DNA of 62,766 bases, the filler included, from Klebsormidium nitens (lineage: Eukaryota; Plantae; Klebsormidiophyceae): the NCBI GenBank assembly GCA_000708835.1. It is 7 parts of 7 records of this genome, joined end to end, with 100 filler letters (N's around TTAATTAATTAA, not from the genome) between each part and the next. Parts side by side here need not be neighbours in the genome. Positions count along the whole stretch, not along the records: positions 43,139 to 59,815 come from DF237981.1; 6 more parts are not named here. One strand, given 5' to 3'. Both the position numbers and the translations under genes were made by a program. Below, piece by piece: positions 49,035-59,187 of the stretch. The notes below the pieces were generated by a model. It ran no database searches, was not told the DNA's origin, and worked only from the letters and a program-made list of their open reading frames with translations. Every line of letters starts with the position of its first letter. The first letter of the stretch is position 1.

Positions 49035-49532
49035 TTAGAGTTTGACGCCGCCTGTGCCTTGACCTAGACGTCGCAAGTGCATTCGAGTCAAGTCGTCGAC
49101 GTTGCGCCGAGTGCCAATAATCAGCACCGAGAAATCCCCATCCACCGAGACCTCGACCGAGACCTCCAACACGTCCTTTGAGATGATGCAGCGTCCGAAG
49201 CCTAGGACGTCGATTCCGCCCACCCATGCTTGCGCGTCTTCGTTGAGGTTCCAGAAGTAAGCAGGCAACTCGATCTGGCCCCTGCAATCGTGGGTGGTGA
49301 CCTTGAATCGGTGCAGGTTCTCACCTTGGGTCGGGGCTTCAACGAAGCAGTGTTTTACCCGAGTGATCACAAACGACCCTTCTTCAACGGGATCCTCAGC
49401 TTCCAAGTCGTCCTCAGACAGGTTCGAGTCTTCGAGGAGCGACTCTAGGTCCTTGTCCGTGTATGACTTTGGATCAAAACCCAAGGCGTATGTGCAAGGT
49501 TCACAAGCTCGGTGTTGTGTGATGTCAGCCAT
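49035..49532 (-). CDS. Protein resembling the C-terminal domain of viral fibre/tail-spike proteins (165 aa from ATG 49532)
   Basis: KHCFVEAPTQGENLHRF...IELPAYFWNLNED.Q.WV...FGR...DGDFSVLIIGTRR. Recalled similarity to environmental virus fibre C-termini; not verified. Confidence 0.45.
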   Translation of the reverse strand: MADITQHRACEPCTYALGFDPKSYTDKDLESLLEDSNLSEDDLEAEDPVEEGSFVITRVKHCFVEAPTQGENLHRFKVTTHDCRGQIELPAYFWNLNEDAQAWVGGIDVLGFGRCIISKDVLEVSVEVSVDGDFSVLIIGTRRNVDDLTRMHLRRLGQGTGGVKL

Positions 49533-49737
49533 AATCGTATGTCTATAACAATTTCCGAGATTAAAAAAGACCCATGAAATCCGCGCGATCATGCCAGACG
49601 GCTCGAGGAGCCCGGGCCCAAACTCCAAATGTGCTGTCGATTGCCAATGGGCTTTGGAATCAATGAGGTCTGCAGGAGTTCCCCGGCGGCAGCCGGAAAC
49701 TTAGAGCATGCTGAGGTACAAACTCGAATCCGACCGT

Positions 49738-50394
49738 TGTACCAGGATGGTGCATCAATACTCTGAAGAGAAAACTGACATCATCCTGGTACAGCTTTGA
49801 ACCCCACCGGACTCTTCAATCATTCTGAGCTTGTACCAGGATGGTGCAGGAATTGTCTAAAGAAAAATTTACATCATCCTGGTACAACTGTGCACCCCGG
49901 CGCGAGCGGGGAACTTACATCATCCTGGTACAGCTTCGAACCCCACCGGACTCTTCAATCATTCTGAGCTTGTACCAGGATGGTGCAGGAATTGTCTATA
50001 GAAGAAACTTACATCATCCTGGTACAGCTTCGAACCCCACCGGACTCTTCAATCATTCTGAGCTTGTACCAGGATGGTGCAGGAATTGTCTATAGAAGAA
50101 ACTTACATCATCCTGCTACAGCTGTGAACCCCGGCGCCAGCCGGACAATTCAACCATTCTGAGCTTGTACCAGGATGGTGCATGAATTCTCTATAGAACA
50201 AACTTACATCATCCTGGTACAACGGTTAAATTCGAGTCTGTACCAGGATGGTGCATGGATTTGGCTAGTCAGTATTGACATCATCCTGGTACAGCTGTGA
50301 ACCCCGGTACCAGCCGGAAACTTCAGTCATTCTAAGTTTGTACCAGGATGGTGCATGAATTGTCTATAGAGAATACTGACATCATCCTGGTACA
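49738..50394 (-). repeat. Palindrome array B (7 full and 1 half unit), inverted relative to A
   Basis: Units at 49738, 49832, 49971, 50065, 50166, 50239 and 50339; half unit near 49913-49932. Confidence 0.95.
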
Positions 50395-50480
50395 ACGGTC
50401 GCATTCATGTCACTATGGTCTGGAGTGTTCTTATCATCAAAAAGCATTGAAGCCTTTGTGCATGCCATCATAGCATAAGT

Positions 50481-50996
50481 CTACTGACACTTTAAAGGGT
50501 TGCTCATAACATCCAACATCGGGACCGCCGCACTACGGTCTCCATTGAAAATGTATTGTGGCCCACCGTCTGCGGTTGCATGCTGTAGAAGCTTAGTATG
50601 TTTGTCGAACCGAACTTGCGGGCGTGTGGATTTAGGCTTGAGCACATTCCCCCAGTCTAAAAGAAGATGATATGGATTACGGCATCTATGTGTTCTTACT
50701 CCGGCTTTCTCGAGCCCAAAGCGTACGACTTTCACCATATCGTGCATACTATGGGGCGATAATACTCCTTTTAACCCCGCAATTTCGTCTAGCTTAAGGG
50801 TCATGCGTGTACACCGTTCATTTTCGTATGCTCGTCTGATCCGCCCTATTGATTTATCAAGGCATTGATTGTAAAACTCTTCAATCTGATTGGACCTCTT
50901 GAGATGTGTATTAAGTATGCTTTGCATGGCCGCATGTACTACATTAGGCGTATGTAAAACGAGGCGGCGCCTGGTGGCACACAAAGGCACTTTCAA
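50481..50996 (-). CDS. Hypothetical protein resembling a conserved uncharacterised NCLDV family
   Basis: FYNQCLDKSIGRIRRA...VRFGLEKAGV...YHLLLDW resembles the Y..IL..C..RI...L...GF.V...L.I.W pattern; not verified. Confidence 0.45.
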   Translation of the reverse strand: MKVPLCATRRRLVLHTPNVVHAAMQSILNTHLKRSNQIEEFYNQCLDKSIGRIRRAYENERCTRMTLKLDEIAGLKGVLSPHSMHDMVKVVRFGLEKAGVRTHRCRNPYHLLLDWGNVLKPKSTRPQVRFDKHTKLLQHATADGGPQYIFNGDRSAAVPMLDVMSNPLKCQ

Positions 50997-51219
50997 GGTC
51001 TACACTACAAGGCTCGACAATCCATGTAAGCAACATGATCAGATGAATGTTTGGCACGCCATCGGATCATGAAAAATGAAGTGTCCAAGCACGACAATAA
51101 GGACTTCAAATTACTCATGCATTTCAACAGGGTCGAAGATGCTTCTTTGCACAAGCTTACATTGACTTATTATGTACACCGAGTCATTCCTATTTATCAA
51201 TCGTCTCTGAGTCTCATTT

Positions 51220-51483
51220 GAGCGTTAGCTAGAAGACAGTCAGTTCGAAGGTCACCCTTTTGGTTTCCTAAACCTGCAATCTCCTACTCGAAGCGCGCAA
51301 GGTACAAGAGCGTTAGCTAGAAGACAGTCAGTTCGAAGGTCACCCTTCAGGTTTCCTAAACCTGCAATCTCCTACTCGAAGCGCTCAAGGTACAAGAGCG
51401 TTAGCTAGAAGACAGTCAGTTCGAAGGTCGCCCTCTGGGTTTCCCAAACCTGCAATCTCCTACTCAAAGCGCTCATGGTACGA
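51220..51483. repeat. Tandem array, 3 x 88 bp
   Basis: Units at 51220, 51308 and 51396 start gagcgttagctagaagacagtcagttcgaagg. Confidence 0.92.
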
Positions 51484-51626
51484 TAGTTGGTGTGCTCGTG
51501 CTGCACGCTGCAAGTGGAGATTTCAACAATTTCAGAGGCGTATCAAGATGATGCAAGCTTTTTGTAAAGAAAATCGAATCCTGCCAGCGCCAGCCGTCGC
51601 GTCGGACACTTCAACCATTCTGAGCT

Positions 51627-51682
51627 TGTACCAGGATGGTGCATGAATGGTCTACAGAGAAAACCAACATCATCCTGGTACT
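51627..51682 (-). repeat. Single 56-bp palindrome unit C
   Basis: tgtaccaggatggtgc...acatcatcctggtact, preceded by the array spacer. Confidence 0.9.
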
Positions 51683-51838
51683 GCGGGTAACTTCGTGCAT
51701 GTACCTTGCCTGACCCAGAATAGAGTTTACAAGCTGCATATGCCACTACCATATACCAGGACGGGATCGATAAAAAGCGCCAAATGACTTACCAGGGTCG
51801 CGGGACCGCCCCCTCGCGATGGGGCACGTCATGAATTA

Positions 51839-54800
51839 CTAAGGTGGAATCGTGATCAGGCAGACCTCCTCCACTGGCACATGAGGCTCGGGGGAACCAG
51901 GCTCGGGGAGATCCGCGAGGAGCGGGAAGCCGGAAGGCCTCTCCAGCAAGGGGTCGAAGATGCTGGCATCCAAAGAATCTAGGTACTCTCGAGCGACCGG
52001 GCTTAGCTTCTTGATGAATTGCCACCAGTCGGTCACCTGTCTGAATTGAAGCTTTGCCAGCATCGCCATCTTGTGCACCTTCTCGGCATCCAAGCGGAGT
52101 CGGTAGTCCGCTTGCCCTGCACCCGACTTGTTGGTCCCACGTCTCGGCCGAGATACCTCGATCAGTGGCTCAAACTCGAGCCCGGTTGCTCCCATCATCA
52201 CATTCAAAGCGCCTTTCAGCTCTCCGGGCGACCACTCGGTGCAGCCGACTTTAAACTTCAGACGCACCCCCCCGGACATTTCCGAGGGCGTCCTCTCCGC
52301 CATCGATGCTCCACGTTGAGACCGACTTCTATACCCCTTGAACAAGGCGGTCTCCAAAAGGGCTTTCTTGAGCCCGCCCGAGATGAAGGAGCGGGTCGGA
52401 GTCAAGTCGAAGGGGTGGGCGAGACCAAGGGCCTTGAGCACTTCTCGCACGAACTCCGCCATTGGCTTGTCGTTCATTGTGACGCCCATCCCTTCTCCAT
52501 TCAGGTTCTCGTCTGGAATGAGGACCTTGAGGAGCATGGGAAGCTCCTCCATGAACGGCGGCTTGATGGCGTCTTGCACTGTGCCCCAGAAGAAGGGCTC
52601 GAGCGTCGCAAGGCCGTAGAAGTTGCATAGCTCGTACCTCAATGCCTCGACATTCTCATTGCCTACATCCCGCTTCACATCCCGGAGCTGCTTCACCTCA
52701 GCGTACTCTTTGGCGCTCAATGCCTTTGCCCCGAAAATTCTTCTTGCCTCCTCGCCAAATGCATCAGGTCTCTGCTTCTTTCCCACCGGCGTGGGTACAA
52801 ACGGGGCCACCTCCAGGATGTGCCCCGCCTTGTCAATCTGAAGCTTGAACTCGTGAAGGAAGCGTTCGTTTGAGTTCCGTCGCTCTGCTTCGGTGTGGGT
52901 TAGGGTCCGGAAAAGAGGCCCGTCCTCCTTGATGTGAACCACCCTGCTTGGTAAGAGCGGATTGTTCTCGTCCCGCACAGAGACTCGTTCATCTCGGAAC
53001 GACCGCGCCTGTTCCACGTTGCAACAACGGAGGTATGCGGATGTCTCTTCGACTGTAATCCGTCGAGGCGAAACGAACTCGCCGGGCGCCTTCTTTGCCT
53101 TCTGCAAGAATGAACGATAGGATTTCAGCGGTTCCATTGTGATCAAGTCTTTCAAATGTGCTTCGTTATGCAAAATCTAGAGCAGGTCTTTGGCCAGTCA
53201 GAACCAACATCATCGCTTCGCTCATGGGCTTTGCCTTCGCTGGTACAGCTGTGAACCCCAGCTAGCGCCGGACCATCTGTCGAGGATGCAACTGAGCTTA
53301 GAAACAAGTTAACCTACCGTGACAAGCTCAGCCTCCACCCCTTCAACTTCGGTTGTTTTAGTAAGCACCGTGACCGCCATGGTCTGCAGTGATCAATGAA
53401 AGACGTCAGATTTAAGAGGTTATTCACCTCAAGCAAGTCATTAACAGACATGAAATATGGAGCGGACAAAGATTCTACATAATGACGATAATGCGAAGTT
53501 CTCCAGATCAAAGCTGTATCATTTGTTATACTCACCTGGGTGTTGCTGATATTCTGGGGGATTTCGAGCTCTTCCACGGGAACCACCACTCTGTCATCCA
53601 CCATCACCGATATGCCAGACTGGATGCAGCAGTTGACGACTGGGTTGCTCGTGTGTCGGACTCGCAGAGATCCTTGCCAAATGCCTCGAGCGGTGGCACT
53701 TTGCATGCACATATATATGTACTTGCAGTCAAACCACCGCACGGCAAAATTGACAGCTGCCTCCACTGTGGGGCTGTACATCAACAACCGCACCTTCCAG
53801 TTCGTCTCGACGTCATCGAGGAGAGCCATGTTCTCACTGCTGCTGAGGGCTGTATGGACCACTATGTCCGCCTCTGACAAGATCCCTTTCTCCAGGATGC
53901 GTGCCTGAAGGCGATATAGCGCCTTGGTGGACATGAAGATCCCGACCACATTGAGCCCGGACTGAAGGTCGGCAATGATCATATCGTGCCAGTCCGACTC
54001 CGATCGATGGATTCGGAATGTGAGCTGCTCCTGTATGGAATAGAGCACTGATTCACAAGCTTGGCAATGACTGCCCACTTTTTGCTTCTGATCAAAACTC
54101 CAGTCTCCTATACGGCATGTTTCTTGCCTTTCTTCAAATTGCGGGTGAAGCGCACGAGATGCCTTGACGTTGCATGATCTGTTTTCTAATGCCCTTGGAC
54201 TCTACGGGCATCGTGTTGCAAGAGACTAAATGTTAAGCATTTCACATGGCCAATTTATTTCAAGAAGCTTCAATCAGACTGAGTCAAGGTCATCTGCAAC
54301 CAACCTTAGCCAAGCGCTCGTTGATGATAAGCTGTCCTCGGACGTCCGCCATCTGGAAGAAGTCATGCTCCCGCTGGGCATATCCGTCGTCCATAGCCAG
54401 AACCCGTGATGCATTCTGAACGATCTCCAACAGAAGATTAGCAGTACACATCCCCCGTTTCAGCGTCGCTGCGGAAAGGTGGGCCAGTATGCTGGCAGTC
54501 TCATCGAGAACCACCACGTCAAAGGGTGGAACCTCGCCAACTCCCTGAGGGCGGAGCCCAAGCAAGCTGTCCACCTGGATGATGAGGTCAGGAAATGCCT
54601 CTCTGTTTTGAAGCGCGGTGAGCTTCTCGCTGCTCCCTGGATCCGCAAAATACTCATCGCTGTAATCAGCCTTGAGGTCCAGGTAGTTCTCAAAGCCTGG
54701 GAATCTCTTCTTCAGATCTTTGGCCTGAGCCACTCGATATGTGATGAAGACGATGGTCAGTGGCCGTCGGCTGCTCGCACACTCCAACTCGGATAAAATG

Positions 54801-57800
54801 GTTGTACAGGTCTCAGTCTTGCCAGTACCGACGCCCGAGCGGAAGGCCAGTAGAGGGAACTCCGGAGGGCCGAGCTCTCCCTCCGCATCCGTCTGTCCGA
54901 TCCACCTGCAAAAGGTTTCAAGATGTCAAGCACAGCCTTTTCAAGTGTCCATCATCTGATCTGGAGGTAGGCCCACAAGCTCAAAACGCTCAAAGGTTCC
55001 CGGCTGGCGTTGGGGTTCACATGTATATCAACACACTCTTCTGTCCTAGATTTTGGACTATCATAATACAGCTCGATCAAGCCCCCGCACGTGTCAGAAT
55101 GATGTCAACTCTTCTTTTGGGATCAACTCTGATTGCAGAACGACAAACCTATCGATGACGCTGTTAAGGCGTGCCGAATCCGTAGACACTGCTCGTCCGG
55201 CGGCCACCTCGGCAAGCAGAGCGGGGGAGCTGGCTGCCCGGTCACGTCCCAAGTACTCCATGTCAACCACGATCGCAGCAGACCGGAAAGTCAAGCTGTC
55301 CTCGTACAAGTCCCCCAAGTATAACGCCTTGGAACGGCAGGACATCCGGGGCGTCGCCCTGAAGGTCGGTGTTGGTGCTGAAGCACAGTGCGTAAATCTT
55401 GCCATCAGAGGCGAGATGGCACGTCAGGTTCTGACGGCCGTCATGCACGCGGCCTGTGTAGCAGGGCTCGGACCGGTCGGTGTAGTTGAACCGATATGGG
55501 CCTTCCGGATAGGCCGTGGGATGGAGCCTTTCCCGCAACAAGGTCAGCATCCGCTCCTTCACAAACGCACCGTTCTGTGGAGTGCGGTCGCCGAAAGCTG
55601 TTAGCTGCTTTGGATCCGATGGACCCTTGTACAACTTGGCTAGGAGCGTGAATGGCACCTTTATTATTTCACAATCCTGCACAAAAAAGAAAAGTCCTCG
55701 GTTGGCAAAGCTCGACCAAGGTACAATATACGAAACGAAAGACTATTGNNNNNNNNNNNNNNNNNNNNCTGTCTGCCCGATCCACCTGCAAAAGGTTTCA
55801 AGATGTCAAGCACAGCCTTTTCAAGTGTCCATCATCTGATCTAGAGGTAGGCCCACAAGCTCAAAACGCTCGAAGGTTCCCGGCTGGCGTTGGGGTTCAC
55901 ATGTATATCAACACACTCTTCTGTCCTAGATTTTGGACTATCATAATACAGCTCGATCAAGCCCCCGCACGTGTCAGAATGATGTCAACTCTTCTTTGGG
56001 GATCAACTCTGATTGCAGAAGGACAAACCTATCGATGACGCTGTTAAGGCGTGCCGAATCTGTAGACACTGCTCGCCCGGCGGCCACCTCGGCAAGCAGA
56101 GCGGGGGAGCTGGCTGCCCGGTCACGTCCCAAGTACTCCATGTCAACCACGATCGCAGCAGACCGGAAAGTCAAGCTGTCCTCGTACAAGTCCCCCAAGT
56201 ATAACGCCTTGGAACGGCAGGGCTCCGGGGCGTCGCCCTGAAGGTCGGTGTTGGTGCTGAAGCACAGTGCATAAATCTTGCCGTCAGAGGCAAGATGGCA
56301 TGTCAGGGTTTTCTGGCGGCCATCATGCACGCGGTCTGTGTAGCAGGGCTCGGACCGGTCGGTGTAGTTGAACCGATATGGGCCTTCCGGATAGGCCGTG
56401 GGATGGAGCCTTTCCCGCAACAAGGTCAGCATGCGCTCCTTCACAAACGCACCGTTCTGTGGAGTGCGGTCGCCGAAAGCTGTTAGCTGCTTTGGATCCG
56501 ATGGACCCTTGTACAACTTGGCTGGGAGCGTGAATGGCACCTTTATTATTTCACAATCCTGCACAAAAAGAAAAGTCCTCGGTTGGCAAAGCTCGACCAA
56601 GGTACAATATACGAGGGCCACAAAAAAAAAAAAAAAACGAAAGACTATTGTACCAGGATGATGTTAATACTATCTATAAAGAATTCATGCATCATCTTTG
56701 TACAAGCTCAGACTGATAGAAGCGTTCAGCTAGCGCCGGAGTTCACAGCTGTACCAAGATGATGTAAGTTCTTTCTATAGACAATTGATGCACCATCCTG
56801 GTACAACCTCAGAATGATTGAAGTGTCCGGCTGGCGCCGGGGTTCACAGGTGTACCAGGATGATGTAAGTATTCTCTATAGACAAGTCATGCACCAGCCT
56901 GGTACAACAGTGGTCGTAGGACTCCGTACCAGCGTGGGCGAAGCCTACGAGCGAAGCGATGGTGTACGTTTTCTCTATAGTGATGTCAAAATTGACATCA
57001 CTCCGTCACAGCTTCACAAAGCCTCCTGAGGTCAAGAGAAGCATCCTCGAGCACTCACCTCTGGCGGCGGCAATCACGTCACCAATGCGTCCTTCCACGT
57101 GTGGGCCGGATCGAGAAACTGGAGGACGCTTCCTGGCTTCTCCACTTTGGCACTCCCCGGGGTGCGCCACTCCTGGTCCCTGGTGTACACGTCCATGTCC
57201 AGAAGGTCGGCTACCTTGGGCTCCCAGAGCATCAGCCGCTTCTTCAAGCGGATAGCAAAGTCCTTGGCCCCGTCCGACAAGTTTGACTTAAAAACTAGCT
57301 GCTGGGGCCCCGTCGAGTTGATCGTGAGGTGCATACTGAACTTTGCCTGGCTCCCACTCTGCATCCAGACAAAGTTGCCTTGGCCTGCAAGTCTGATGCC
57401 GTAGTCTGTTTCAAACACGACCGTCGTCCACTGCTCGATCCTCTGCATGACCTCCTGGTGAGTTATTCTAACTGGTCCTTCACCAGCACCATCCGTCGCC
57501 GGGACACGAGGCCTGAAAGGCAGCCCCTCTTTGCCGTCTAGGTCCAGGTAAGGTTTGCAGGGTTGCCCATCCTGGATGACCTCAAACACGGAACCATGTT
57601 GCTGCGAGAACAACAAGTGCTGTTCTGCAGTGCGCCAGTCAGGATAGGAGGCGTAGCTGCGCCACGAAATACGGAGGCCGGTCCTGATATCATGCCGCCC
57701 AGACGACATGTGGAGGACGACTCGTGCCTTATGGTTGAGCAGGCATTCTGGTGCATAAAGTATTTGGGGCCAGGCTGACTTTCGCGGCTTTTGTTGCCGT

Positions 57801-59187
57801 GCTTGTAGAAGAGGTTGGCGCCATACTCCCACTTCCGTACGACAGTGTACCCTCCTTGCTTGTACACCTCGTTTCCACTCAGGAGCTCTGATGTTTGCCG
57901 CGATGATTGGAATCCCTCTGGCGCGTCACTGGACCCTTCCAAAGCTGGCACACCCAGGTCCCTGTATTGAGTCAAGCTAGGTCGAGTCAGTAGGATGCTG
58001 CAAAACCCTGGAGCATGGGATGGACATGCTCAAACACAGTGGCCGGAGTTTCGGCGGCCCGCCGGGATCATTCGGCGGCCCGCCGGAATCATTCGGCGAC
58101 CCGCCGGACATGATGTACCAGGATGGTGTAGAACACTTCTATAAAGAAAATCTGCATCATCTTGGTACAGCGGTCAGATGGTGCATACATCTGGCCAGGA
58201 AACTGATACCATGCTTGTGCAGTGGCTGAGCTTTGCCTCTGTACCAAGATGGTGCGTGAAATCTCTATAGAGAAAGCTGACATCATCCTGGTACAGCTGT
58301 GAACCCCGGCACTGAGCCGGACACTTCAACCATTCTGAGCTTGTACCTTGTCTTGAAAGAGTACGTGGGCTTGAGAACCAACCTTGTAGAGACTGACCCG
58401 CCTTGTGAGAACTCTTGCAATCCATCTCGACCTCCAGCCACTGCCACCTCCAGTGAAGATGTCACCTCCAATAAAGACTCGATCGCGCTCATTGAAGACT
58501 CAATCGCTGTAGCTGCTTTCTCCAGCTCCGCAGCCTTCTCTAGCTCCCGCCGCTTTGTATATTCCTCAAAGTGTGGTGTATAAGCTTGCTGCCTGCGAAC
58601 GGCCTGCATCAAGGAGTGGTGGTCCAGTACATGGAACTTCATGAACCAATCCCAGTGACGTATGGAACTGAAAAATGGAGCTTGTCATCTTGCACTTGAA
58701 GTTGAGCTTGGCGCCGGAAATCTCATGTATTTTGACTCCGTACGAAGATGGTGCAAACATCTGGCCAGTTAAAATTGACATCATCGTGGTACATCCGAGC
58801 TAAACACAATTCTGCAGCTGAGCTGCTGAGCTTTCCATTGAGTCTAAGCAGAAATCAATAGAGGCGGTCAGAGGGGTGAAACTCACGTCGGTCACCGCTG
58901 CAGGCTCAGCCTTACTTATGAGAATGCCAAAAGGGCCTTTCTCGGATGGCTCCATGATTGGACCCGATGCCACACGCCACCCACAACCACACCACCCTTT
59001 TTACGATGACAGAAAGCCTCCACACTTCTGCATTGATATCATCGACCAAAATTTGTTCAAGATGGCAACTGAGCGCCACGCTCAATAGCTCAAGGAGCCC
59101 GGCCTGTGACTCTTCCCTCCGCCAAGTTGTATCAAATTGAAATGCCAACAGTGTGCCCAGGGTCGGCTTGTGGTAGTGGTCGAATAT
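51839..59187 (-). CDS. Multi-exon AEP primase / Zn-ribbon / UL9-like SF2 helicase (about 1,600 aa; two 1-nt frameshifts and one internal stop)
   Basis: Exons: 59187-58916, 58667-58347, 57997-57059, 56558-55990, 54905-54305, 54030-53318, 53176-51839. Motifs: FEVI..QPCKPYLDLD, KFSMHL, DVYTR.QEWR, C..RVH...C, RSGVGTGKT, FITYR, IIQVDSL, VVLDE, YSPTVEA and QGSLRVR. Confidence 0.8.
54889..56648. repeat. 880-bp tandem duplication around a 20-N gap
   Basis: 54889-55748 matches about 55769-56648 with scattered differences. Only the distal copy has the primase exon intact. Confidence 0.85.
56649..56906 (+). repeat. Palindrome array D (3 units), inside intron 57058-56559
   Basis: Units at 56649, 56750 and 56851. 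Confidence 0.95.
58050..58108. repeat. About 3 x 21-bp GC-rich tandem repeat
   Basis: ttcggcggcccgccgg(g/a)atca at 58050, 58071 and 58092. Confidence 0.85.
58114..58347 (-). repeat. Palindrome array E (2 full units, 1 degenerate unit and a half arm), inside intron 58346-57998
   Basis: Units at 58114 and 58240, with a half arm at 58342-58347. A further degenerate unit lies at about 58739-58793. Confidence 0.9.

Noticed and set aside
48492-50162. Short ORFs containing LYQDD or IILVQ within the arrays
   Set aside because: They are translations of the repeat unit. The YQDD resemblance to an RT motif is coincidental, as it comes from TACCAGGATGAT.
48458-50394. CRISPR array interpretation of the palindrome clusters
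   Set aside because: The intervening sequences are themselves repeated rather than unique spacers, there are no cas genes, and the context is eukaryotic.
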